Shown: piece after piece, positions 29,837 to 38,461 of the stretch
Layout: each line of letters begins with the position of its first letter
Position numbering within the stretch: position 1 is the first letter of the stretch
Assembly (NCBI GenBank): GCA_032250835.1
Contig: JAVVEA010000004.1
Location: forward strand, 1 to 64,000
DNA from: a bacterium
GTDB lineage: Bacteria > SAR324 > XYD2-FULL-50-16
Direction: 5' to 3'
DNA: 64,000 nucleotides
Made by a program: the position numbers and the translations under genes
The notes under the pieces: generated by a model
Told to the model about the DNA's origin: nothing
The model's input: only the letters and a program-made list of their open reading frames with translations
Database searches by the model: none

Positions 29837-31878
29837 AGTTAGTCAGCTATGTAGGCGATCCGAGGCTGTTGGGCGTCTCCCGAACCCGTAAGGGCCATAA
29901 TTTTGCGATCTTTTCAGACCAAGCCGCCGGGATCACCCTTAATTTATTTGAAGGCGACAGCGCCCTGGCCGAAATTCCCTTGAGTCCCACCGAAAACCGC
30001 ACTGGGGTGATTTGGCATATTGAGCTTTTTGGGCTGCCCGAGGAATTTACCTACAGCTACCGCATCACCGCCACCAATGCGGCAAAACAACCCTTTGACC
30101 CCGATGTGGAGTTAATCGACCCTTACGCCCTGGCTTTAAGCGGTCTGGAGCGTTGGGGACAAAGGAACGAGCGCCCGATACGCGGCGTTTTTGGAGATAC
30201 CGAGTTCGATTGGCAAGGCGACAAACCGCTGGGCCGCCCGCTCAAAGACACCTTGATCTACGAACTTCATTTGCGGGGCTTTACCCAGCATGAAAGCTCG
30301 GGGGTAAAACATCCGGGGACCTATCTGGGGGTGATCGAAAAAATTCCTTACCTTAAGGAATTGGGGATCACCGCCGTCGAATTGATGCCGATCCACGAAT
30401 TCGACGAAACGGACAATCCCTTCATCAACCCCGCCACCGGAGAGCGGCTAAAAAATTATTGGGGCTACGCGAGCCTTAACTTTTTTAGCGTCAAGGCCGC
30501 CTATGGTTCCGACGGAACCGCGTTGGGCGCGCTGCGCGAATTTAAAGAAATGGTGCGCGAGCTGCACCGGGCCGGGATTGAGGTGATCCTGGATGTGGTT
30601 TATAACCACACCGCCGAAGGGGGCCAAGGGGGAAGGATCTATAACTTTAAAGGGTTAAGTAACCAGAGTTATTATATCTTTGACGAAGCGGGCCACTACG
30701 CCAATTACTCGGGCTGCGGGAACACCCTTAACTGCAACCATCCGGTGGTCCGGCGGATGATCATGGACTCACTGAATTATTTTGTCAGCCAATGCCACGT
30801 GGACGGCTTCCGGTTTGATCTGGCCAGTATCTTGAGTCGAGACGAAACCGGGACGGTGCTCACCTCCCCGCCGGTTTTAGACAGCATCGCCAAGGACCCG
30901 ATCTTAAGCCATACCAAGATCATTGCCGAAGCTTGGGATGCCATGGGGCTTTATCAGGTCGGCAGTTTTCCTGCTAGCGGGCGCTGGGCTGAATGGAATG
31001 GTCGCTACCGCGACTGCCTGCGTGCCTTTGTCCGTGGAGAGCGGCACCGTACCGCTGAAGTAGCCACCCGGATTACTGGTAGTGAGGACCTCTACGGCCA
31101 TAGCCAGCGCAACCCCTACCACTCGATCAACTTCATCACCAGCCACGACGGCTTCACCTTGGCCGATCTGGTCAGTTTTGAACGCAAACACAACCAAGCC
31201 AACGGCGAAAGCAACCGCGACGGCGACAACCACAACTTAAGCCAAAACTTCGGCGTGGAAGGCCCCACACCGCGCCAAGATGTCATGGAACTCCGCCATC
31301 GGCAGCTACGAAACCTCCTGACCCTGCTTTTCATCAGCCAGGGCACCCCCATGCTGCCTATGGGCGACGAATGCGGGCGCAGCCAGCAGGGCAACAACAA
31401 TGCCTGGGCCCAAGACAACGCGATTAGCTGGATGGATTGGACCTTGGTAGAAAAAAACACCGAACAGCTGGCCTTTGTGCGCGCCTTAGTGGCGTTACGC
31501 AAGGAACACCCCAACCTGCGGCGGGAGTCCTTTTTTGATGGTCAGGTCAACCGCACCAACGGCCTTCCTGATCTGAGTTGGCACGCCCAAAGGGCCTGGG
31601 AACCTGAGTTTGACCACGGCAACAACAAGCTGGCCTTTTTGGTCAACGCCTTTGAGGGGAGCCACCGGGTCGATGACTTCATTTACGTGGCCATGAACTT
31701 CGAGCGCGAGCCCAAATACTTTGAGCTTCCTTCTGTCAGTGCACACAGCCATTGGCTCGAAGTGCTCGACAGCTTCCGACCCCAGCCCTTTATTGAAGGC
31801 CGCCGGAGCCCCTTCAACGGAGACGCACGGTCACTGCGCTTAGAGCCCTTAAGCGTCCGCATCTTTTTGGGGCAGTAA
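29833..31878 (+). CDS. glgX: Glycogen debranching enzyme (isoamylase, GH13)
   Basis: NYWGY, LDVVYNHTAE, HVDGFRFDLA, IAEAWD and SHDGFTL. Confidence 0.96.
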   Translation: MKLVSYVGDPRLLGVSRTRKGHNFAIFSDQAAGITLNLFEGDSALAEIPLSPTENRTGVIWHIELFGLPEEFTYSYRITATNAAKQPFDPDVELIDPYALALSGLERWGQRNERPIRGVFGDTEFDWQGDKPLGRPLKDTLIYELHLRGFTQHESSGVKHPGTYLGVIEKIPYLKELGITAVELMPIHEFDETDNPFINPATGERLKNYWGYASLNFFSVKAAYGSDGTALGALREFKEMVRELHRAGIEVILDVVYNHTAEGGQGGRIYNFKGLSNQSYYIFDEAGHYANYSGCGNTLNCNHPVVRRMIMDSLNYFVSQCHVDGFRFDLASILSRDETGTVLTSPPVLDSIAKDPILSHTKIIAEAWDAMGLYQVGSFPASGRWAEWNGRYRDCLRAFVRGERHRTAEVATRITGSEDLYGHSQRNPYHSINFITSHDGFTLADLVSFERKHNQANGESNRDGDNHNLSQNFGVEGPTPRQDVMELRHRQLRNLLTLLFISQGTPMLPMGDECGRSQQGNNNAWAQDNAISWMDWTLVEKNTEQLAFVRALVALRKEHPNLRRESFFDGQVNRTNGLPDLSWHAQRAWEPEFDHGNNKLAFLVNAFEGSHRVDDFIYVAMNFEREPKYFELPSVSAHSHWLEVLDSFRPQPFIEGRRSPFNGDARSLRLEPLSVRIFLGQ

Positions 31879-32626
31879 GCTTAAAGCTCGGCGGGTGGCT
31901 TAGCGGATACGTTCGCGGGGCCGCCTGCAACCTTTTACCCCGGTCCGGTTCTTCTGGACCCGCCACGCCGAACGGCGCAGTACTGCGGGTTTCCTTCTGT
32001 ATATCTACCGGCGCGCCCTTGCGGCTTGCTGGTATTTCGCTTGAGAGTTCTGCTGCTTTATCCCCCCCCTCAAGGCTTCGGTTGGTTTTTTTAGGCGAAG
32101 AGCTTTGCTTGTTAGGGACGGCCTTAGCGTTTTATGCGCCTCCATTAACGTCCAGGGCTCCCGGACGTGGCGGTTAGGCTGATGGTACCGGTGGACTGGA
32201 TGTTCGGTCGGGCCTGGAGGAATTCGCGAAGATACCCCGACGGGGGATATTCTTACCATCCAGTCGTTAGCGATGCCGATGCTTAGGGGCCCAAAGGTCA
32301 GGCCGAAAAGTTGGCTAAGGCGCGGTGGATGCCTGTATTTTTATGATTTTGCTATCCTGCCCTTTAGTTTCAATGGGTACTGCGTCCATTTAGCCTTTGT
32401 TGGGGGCTTCCATCTCGGGTAGGGGCCAAAAAGCCTCCTGATTTATCCCTCAGCGAGTAGGTTATCCACCCCAATGCCTCACCGGTTAAGCCCCAGAAAG
32501 GCTTCGGGGGTTTGTGGATTACCTTTGGCAATTGTAAGATAGTTTACAAATAAACCGAGGAACCCCTTTCCTATACCCCCCACCTAACCTGTATGATGGA
32601 GTCAAAGTCGAATAAAGGAGGCACTC

Positions 32627-32722
32627 ATGGAGTGGATCTTACTAAAAACCAGCCTCGGGCTGGGCTTTCTGGCTACGGTTATTACTTTAGTGGCTGCACT
32701 GGACTTGGTTCCAGTCTATTAA
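32627..32722 (+). CDS. Small hydrophobic peptide (31 aa)
   Basis: AAAGGAGG RBS 5 nt before ATG; MEWILLKTSLGLGFLATVITLVAALDLVPVY; not in the ORF track. Confidence 0.6.
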   Translation: MEWILLKTSLGLGFLATVITLVAALDLVPVY

Positions 32723-32820
32723 AATTTTTAACGTCTCGTTCCTGTGAGGGGGGCGTGTTTGACCGGGAGTCAGGCGACTGCTCTCGGTCAGCCTTTTGGT
32801 AGAGCGAAAGGCGAACGAAG

Positions 32821-32863
32821 AAAGGCCCCGGAGCGAAGGATCGTGACGGGGCCTTTTGCTTTT
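32821..32863 (+). terminator. Intrinsic terminator, copy 1 of a repeated hairpin
   Basis: AAAGGCCCCG...CGGGGCCTTT followed by TGCTTTT. Confidence 0.65.
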
Positions 32864-33000
32864 GTGGCATCCGCTTTGGGTCAGCAAGCCCCCGAACAGC
32901 CCCCAAGCAGCAGCAGAAGAAAACCCCTGCCTTTACGGTGCCCTGGCTATTCCCCCGAGGGGGTAGAGCCGCTCAGGGGGACCTAAAATAGAACCAACAA

Positions 33001-33049
33001 AAAAGGCCCCAGAGCGTTAACACGCGCTGGGGCCTTTTGCTTTGTTCGC
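33001..33049. terminator. Bidirectional terminator, copy 2 of the repeated hairpin
   Basis: AAAAGGCCCCAG...CTGGGGCCTTTT just after the rhodanese stop. Confidence 0.75.
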
Positions 33050-33069
33050 TAAAGAAAGGTAGGGGTGTT

Positions 33070-33378
33070 TTAAGAAACCCCTTCAATCACCGCCAACCAA
33101 TCTTTGATCCCGCCGCGGATCACCGTGGCGGAGTATCCGCAAGCTTCTAATAATTGCAGCGCCTGATGGCTTTTGGTGCCGTCTTCGCAGAGCAACAGGG
33201 TCTTCTTGCGGTTGTCGAAGCCGCCTAGTTCGTTGCTAAGGTCCGCAAAGGGGACGTTGCTGAAGCCGTTGATGGACTTCTTAGCGAAGGCTTCCTTGCT
33301 CCTTAAATCAACCAAGCGTAGGTTGTCGGCCGAGTGGATCAATTCGAAGGCTTCGATGACGGTGATCTCGTGGTCCAT
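33070..33378 (-). CDS. Rhodanese-like domain protein
   Basis: LVDLRS, active-site-like C in LLCEDGTKS, and GGIKDW. Confidence 0.85.
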   Translation of the reverse strand: MDHEITVIEAFELIHSADNLRLVDLRSKEAFAKKSINGFSNVPFADLSNELGGFDNRKKTLLLCEDGTKSHQALQLLEACGYSATVIRGGIKDWLAVIEGVS

Positions 33379-33392
33379 AAACGGATGGGTTT

Positions 33393-35543
33393 TTATAGGT
33401 TGATAGGGAGAGTGATGGTGAAGCAGGTGCCCTTTTCGAGCTCCGAAGTGACCTTTAGGTCACCTCCCAACTCCTTGACCCTCAAATAAACGGACTCAAG
33501 GCCCACGCCACGCGCATTGCTTTGGTCTTCGTCTGTGGAAAACAACAAGGCCAGCGATTGCTCGTCGTTCAGCGATTCGGCCTCTTCTGCGCTTATCTGG
33601 CCCCGTTCCACTGCTTCTTGCCGGATTTTTTGCGCGTTCAGGCCGCGCCCGTCGTCTTCGAAAGTCAGCACTAACTGGTCCCCTTCGAGGGCGGCGGCAA
33701 TCTTCATATGCCCTTCTAGGTCTTTACCTAAAAAGACCCGTTCTTCCATTTTTTCCAAGCCGTGCTGCACCGAGTTGCGCACTAGGTGGATCAAGGCGCT
33801 GAAAAGATCCTGCATCCGGTGCAGCGGGACGTCGAGGTCGTGGCCGGTGACCTCGATGACCAGTTGCTTGTTGAGGCGCTTGGCAAAGTTTTCGGCGATG
33901 ATGCCGTATTTCTTCAAAACCAGCCCAATGGGTTGGCGCATCATGGAGTCGAAGCCCTGGTTGATGCGTTCTAAACCCTTGGGGGCGATCTCGTTCCAGA
34001 GGTGGTTCTTGATGCTGCTCAAGCGGTGGCTGGTGATCTCTTGAAGGCCCGGTAGCTTGGTGAAGGGGCGGTAGTTTTTGTCGAAAATCTGGTCTAGTTG
34101 GTTTAAGGCACCTTTGAAGACTTCTTCTTCCATCATGGCACGGACTTCGGCGAAGCGGGCCTCGGGGACCTTAAAGATCGTTCGATCCATCAATTCATTG
34201 TCGGCGATCAGGCTGTCTAGATAGTCGATCTGCAACCGGTCAAAGCCATCTTTGACTTCGCTGGCCATCATCATCAACTGAGCGATGGCGTCGGCCCCAA
34301 AGCCTTCGGGGTTTTCTAAGATTTCCAGTAAAGCATGTTCAAAGTCCTCGGTCAGTTGGGACATCTCGGTGATTTCAAAAATCTCCGCGCCAGACTGTAG
34401 GGTATTGATGGACCCCAAAATGGAATCGGCCCGGATCTCGTCAGCCGGTTTTTCTAATTCCACGATGATCCCGCGCAAAATTTCCTCGGAAGTTTTGCGG
34501 TATTGATCATAGCCCTCTAAATCCATGGCGATTTTGAGGATCATTTCGTTGCGGTTCGCCTCTTCTTGGATGCGTCTTTCCAAGGCCACCTGGGCGGAGA
34601 TATCGGTGATCATCACCAAAATCATGTCCTGGTCCATGTCTTGGGCGTCTTGCAGATAGCGGTAGCTGATCTTTAAAACCGAATCACCTTGGCGCAGTTC
34701 GTTGGGTAACATTTCCTGCAACACGTCTAGGTCCGTGATCCGTAAGAACACCGTCTCCATCAGGTCGCGCAACATGGCGATGTCCGGCTCGGACTTAGCG
34801 AAGCTGGCCGAGTCGCGGTTGTAGGGGGTCCAATGGTGCAGCAGGATTTCTAAGGCGTCGGTTTCGGCGTCTAACTGGCCGAAATAGGGGTGGAACCCGT
34901 TGGTGTACAGGGGAACCACCGTGCCTTTGTTGGTGAAGGCCAAAAAGGCGGCGTCAGGGTGTTCTAAGAAGGCCTTGCCATGCTGGGCCAACACTTGGTT
35001 TTCGCGGTACTGCGGTTCGGCTAGCTCGGCAGCGGCAGTGGGCGTGCTGTGGCCGATTCCTTCGATGGCTTCTTCTAGTTCGCTGGTGTCGGTCAGGTCC
35101 GCCCCGGCTGAAGCCGTGGGGCTGCCGTCGGAGATCGCTAACTGGACTGCGTTGGCCGGTGCCCAGTCTTCGAAGAGGCCCGAAGCCAGCAGCCCTAAAA
35201 CGCTAACGGTGCTTTGCACTTCACTAGCCGCTTGGGCCCAAAGGGCCAAGACCACCTCATTATTGATCGCCACTGCCGCCAAGGCTAAGCCCTCGTGGCC
35301 GGGAATTTGGAGCTCGCGCACCAACAGGCCGTTGTCCAAGGTTTCTTGGTAGGCGCTGGCGCTTAAATTCAAAGAGAGGTCTTCGGCTTCTTCGCGGGTT
35401 TCTTCAGCTAAACAGCGGATGTCTTCGCCCTCGCGCAGGTAGATGGCACCATAGACCAAGCCGTGGGCACCTTCAAAGGCACGGCAGACTAGGGTCAGCA
35501 GTTCGTGGACAAAGGACGGGTCCGATACTGGGTTGGGGGCCAT
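33393..35543 (-). CDS. CheA-like histidine kinase (HATPase with HPt-like bundle, no CheW domain)
   Basis: LIHLVRNSVQHGLE..EER, EDDGRGL, RGVGL and G box; protein ends right after the HATPase. Confidence 0.8.
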   Translation of the reverse strand: MAPNPVSDPSFVHELLTLVCRAFEGAHGLVYGAIYLREGEDIRCLAEETREEAEDLSLNLSASAYQETLDNGLLVRELQIPGHEGLALAAVAINNEVVLALWAQAASEVQSTVSVLGLLASGLFEDWAPANAVQLAISDGSPTASAGADLTDTSELEEAIEGIGHSTPTAAAELAEPQYRENQVLAQHGKAFLEHPDAAFLAFTNKGTVVPLYTNGFHPYFGQLDAETDALEILLHHWTPYNRDSASFAKSEPDIAMLRDLMETVFLRITDLDVLQEMLPNELRQGDSVLKISYRYLQDAQDMDQDMILVMITDISAQVALERRIQEEANRNEMILKIAMDLEGYDQYRKTSEEILRGIIVELEKPADEIRADSILGSINTLQSGAEIFEITEMSQLTEDFEHALLEILENPEGFGADAIAQLMMMASEVKDGFDRLQIDYLDSLIADNELMDRTIFKVPEARFAEVRAMMEEEVFKGALNQLDQIFDKNYRPFTKLPGLQEITSHRLSSIKNHLWNEIAPKGLERINQGFDSMMRQPIGLVLKKYGIIAENFAKRLNKQLVIEVTGHDLDVPLHRMQDLFSALIHLVRNSVQHGLEKMEERVFLGKDLEGHMKIAAALEGDQLVLTFEDDGRGLNAQKIRQEAVERGQISAEEAESLNDEQSLALLFSTDEDQSNARGVGLESVYLRVKELGGDLKVTSELEKGTCFTITLPINL

Positions 35544-35641
35544 TCTTTCCTCATGGAGGTTTACAACCGAGTTTTGGGCAATGCTTTCTTATACGCCGAT
35601 AGGCTCAAAGCGTCAAACCAAGGTTAACCCATGCTTTCAGC

Positions 35642-36589
35642 TTACTTGGGCAGTGCTTTGGCTAGGGAGGTCAGGTCCCTCTGGGCCTTTTGGATCACTC
35701 CTTTGGGGCCCTTGCTTTGTCCTAAATGGCGCAGTTCTTCGAAATCTGGGCCCACTGAGGCCTCGGGCCAACGCAAGAGCTTGCGGGCCACCTCGGCGTA
35801 GCCCAACCGCTCGGCGGTGCTGTGGCTTAAATAATGAACCCAGGCACGGGCAAAGGAGTAAAAAGGGCCCCGCTCGCCCAACTGGCTCAGCCCAAATCGG
35901 TGGCAAAGCTCCTGGGCCGCCAGTTGCCCGGCCACTATCGGAACAAACCATTCGGGGGCCATGGCGGGCAGGGCGTAAAGCTTACCGCCCAAGTGATAGA
36001 CCGGATAAGCCCAGTGGATATATTCGTCAAAAAACTCCACCGGAAAGTGGGGGGGCTCTTCGCGCTGCATCCCCAAAATAATCCGCCAATCGAGCCGGAC
36101 CAAGCTGGGCGGGATTTGGACCCGGTGCCCATGAGCCGCCAGAAAGGGACCCAGCGGGGCTAAGAGTTGGGCCAGTTGGGTCGAAGCGGTGACCAAGCGG
36201 GGCGCGCAAAATTCGCAGACCCCGCCGATGCCCGCAATGCGCTGCTTGATGGCAGGGAAGCGGCAGGTAAAACACCGCTGGCGGGCCTGATTAAAACAAT
36301 CGATACAAACCTTAACGCCCTGTTCGGCGTAGAGCCGCTCGCCTTCTTTGATCTTGCGGCTACAGAGATGGCAAACGCCCTGATCGACTACCGGTCTTTC
36401 TTCCAGGCAAAAGTGGCAGACCTTTCCCAAGGCGGGGTGGTGGTGCAGTCTCTTTTCGGGAAAACCGCATTGCACGCAAGCTTGGCACTGGCGGAAGCAA
36501 TTAAGGCAGACCTTGTGCCCGCGGCCTTCAAAGAACGACTGGGCCGCCGGTATCGGCTGATGGCAATGGTAACAGGAAGACTCGGGCAT
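35642..36589 (-). CDS. Multi-zinc-finger protein, DA1-like architecture
   Basis: Eight CxxC motifs in four pairs (LIM-like), followed by a helical C-terminal domain. Confidence 0.6.
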   Translation of the reverse strand: MPESSCYHCHQPIPAAQSFFEGRGHKVCLNCFRQCQACVQCGFPEKRLHHHPALGKVCHFCLEERPVVDQGVCHLCSRKIKEGERLYAEQGVKVCIDCFNQARQRCFTCRFPAIKQRIAGIGGVCEFCAPRLVTASTQLAQLLAPLGPFLAAHGHRVQIPPSLVRLDWRIILGMQREEPPHFPVEFFDEYIHWAYPVYHLGGKLYALPAMAPEWFVPIVAGQLAAQELCHRFGLSQLGERGPFYSFARAWVHYLSHSTAERLGYAEVARKLLRWPEASVGPDFEELRHLGQSKGPKGVIQKAQRDLTSLAKALPK

Positions 36590-36685
36590 CGACTAACGGG
36601 GCGGTAGTTGCCAAAGATCGGGGCTTGTTTTAAACTAGCCCCTAGAACTTGGCATTGCAATGATTAACCCCATGGAAGGAGCGTC

Positions 36686-37030
36686 TTGCCTACCGATCTG
36701 ATCAAAGTCATCCAAAGCCGCGAAGTTGAGGTCGCCAAAGATCCCGAACGTCTCCGGCGCGAAGCAGTGTCCTATCTGGGCCAAATCAAACAACACAAGA
36801 GCGACCCGGCCAAGATATATCTCTTGATCGATCCCTTGAGCAGTTCTTCGGTTTTAGTGGAGTTTAAAACCGCCGACATCCTCTACGCCGAAAACTACAA
36901 TACGCTCAGCGATGCCCAAGGCGGCTCGGTTCAGTTGATCCAACTGTGGGTCAAGAAAGGGGCCGTGGGCTTGCGCTTGGTCCCCTTTGTGGTCGAAGAC
37001 TTCAGCCGCTACTACGACCATCTGGACTAA
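36686..37030 (+). CDS. Conserved small protein, function unverified
   Basis: GGAG RBS with TTG start; KQHKSD..K..L..DP..S...EFK...LWVKKG...PFVV resembles a deltaproteobacterial family recalled as being labelled Ppa. Confidence 0.6.
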   Translation: MPTDLIKVIQSREVEVAKDPERLRREAVSYLGQIKQHKSDPAKIYLLIDPLSSSSVLVEFKTADILYAENYNTLSDAQGGSVQLIQLWVKKGAVGLRLVPFVVEDFSRYYDHLD

Positions 37031-37808
37031 ACTGCTTAAAAAGCTCCAACCATTCGCTGGGCAGTAGGTTCTCGGGGCGGATGCCCTCAAGCCGCTCGAC
37101 CCAGTCGGGGCTTAACTGCGCGACCAGGGCGGGCTCCTCTTTTTTGAGCCGACTCAAAAGCAACTTGCGCCGTTGGTTGAAGGCATTTTTAACGAACCGA
37201 AAGAAGGCGGTTTCATCGACGCCCAACGGGCCCTTGGGCGTCAATTGCAACACCACAGAGTCCACCTTCGGCGGCGGGCGGAAGGCCCCCGGCGGCACCT
37301 GAGCGACCACCGATACCTCAAAGCCCAACTGCGCGGCGACGGACAAAATACCGTACTCTTTCAGCGGCTTTTCGCGCCCCGAATGCAGCATCCTGACGCC
37401 CACCTCTTTTTGCAGCATCACCACCAGCGTCGAAAACCGCTGGCGTTCTTCTAAAAATTTAAAGAACAGCGGGGTGCTGATATTATAAGGCAAGTTGGCC
37501 ACCAGTTTGTAGCTCCCGGGGCCCAACAGCTCCGCCCAGTCGCGCTTTAAGGCGTCGCCTTCGACCAAGGTGAAATTGTCATGGGCCACAAAACGCTGCT
37601 TCAAGAAAGCCACTAGGTCCCAGTCGATCTCAATGACGGTAACTTGGGCTTTGGTGCCCAGTAACTTTTCGGTTAAGACCCCTTGGCCCGGCCCGATCTC
37701 TAAGACCGCATCTTGAGGGGTCACTTCGGCAGCGGTGATGATGCGGCTCAAAACCGAAGGGTCTGCCAAGAAGTGTTGGCCAAAACGTTTTTTGGTCTGT
37801 GGTTTCAT
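37002..37808 (-). CDS. rsmA: 16S rRNA adenine dimethyltransferase
   Basis: KKRFGQHFL, LEIGPGQG, VANLPYNIS, MLQKEV and FRPPPKVDS. Confidence 0.96.
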   Translation of the reverse strand: MKPQTKKRFGQHFLADPSVLSRIITAAEVTPQDAVLEIGPGQGVLTEKLLGTKAQVTVIEIDWDLVAFLKQRFVAHDNFTLVEGDALKRDWAELLGPGSYKLVANLPYNISTPLFFKFLEERQRFSTLVVMLQKEVGVRMLHSGREKPLKEYGILSVAAQLGFEVSVVAQVPPGAFRPPPKVDSVVLQLTPKGPLGVDETAFFRFVKNAFNQRRKLLLSRLKKEEPALVAQLSPDWVERLEGIRPENLLPSEWLELFKQFSPDGRSSG

Positions 37809-38461
37809 GATTTTTTTTGTTTTTGCAGGGCCCTAGCGCGGGCTTTGGCGAAGAGCCGCCGGAGTCGTTCGTCGTGGATGCCCTGGGCCGAAGCTTCGCC
37901 CGCCTTTTTGGAGGCCTCGTCTAAAGGCACGAAGCGGCGCGGCTTGGCCTTGAGGTCCGCCTTGTGTCGTTTGACCACCTGTCCGTCGGCGCGGATTTCT
38001 TCGACAAAATCTTCGGGGCCTGAGGCAAACAGCTGGGCGATCCGTTCGGGGGTGAGCCGCAGGCCGCCACCCTGGCGCAACCGTTCCAGTTCTTCTTTTT
38101 GTGCTGCTTGGCGCTCAACACTGCTGCCCAAGAGTCGCTCCACCTCACCGATTTTAAAGTCCACATCCCGTAGTTGGATCGGCTCGTCTAGCTGGCCTAG
38201 TTGTTCGATCAAGACCCGTTTGAATTTAAGCCGCAAGATCTGGGCATAAGCCCCATCGGGCACCAGAATGGTTAAAACCCCTTTGCGCAGCGAATAGGGC
38301 CGGGTCTTTAGGGCAAAGTTATGGTCCACCACCAAGAGCCAATATTTGTGGATTAGCGCCAGTTGCCAGATTTCCTCTAGGCCTTGGTCGAGCAGATAAC
38401 CCTTTAAGACCAACTCCAGGCCGTCGAATCCGGCACCGAGTCCCTTAGAGGGGCGGCGCAT
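37805..38461 (-). CDS. dciA: DUF721/DciA family protein with extended C-terminus
   Basis: W..VV....A..TRP.SLRKGVLTILV....YAQ.L pattern typical of DUF721; overlaps the dnaB stop. Confidence 0.65.
   Translation of the reverse strand: MRRPSKGLGAGFDGLELVLKGYLLDQGLEEIWQLALIHKYWLLVVDHNFALKTRPYSLRKGVLTILVPDGAYAQILRLKFKRVLIEQLGQLDEPIQLRDVDFKIGEVERLLGSSVERQAAQKEELERLRQGGGLRLTPERIAQLFASGPEDFVEEIRADGQVVKRHKADLKAKPRRFVPLDEASKKAGEASAQGIHDERLRRLFAKARARALQKQKKS

Noticed and set aside
32593-32802. 69-aa ORF from the track
   Set aside because: The strong RBS lies inside it and serves the 31-aa ORF in another frame.
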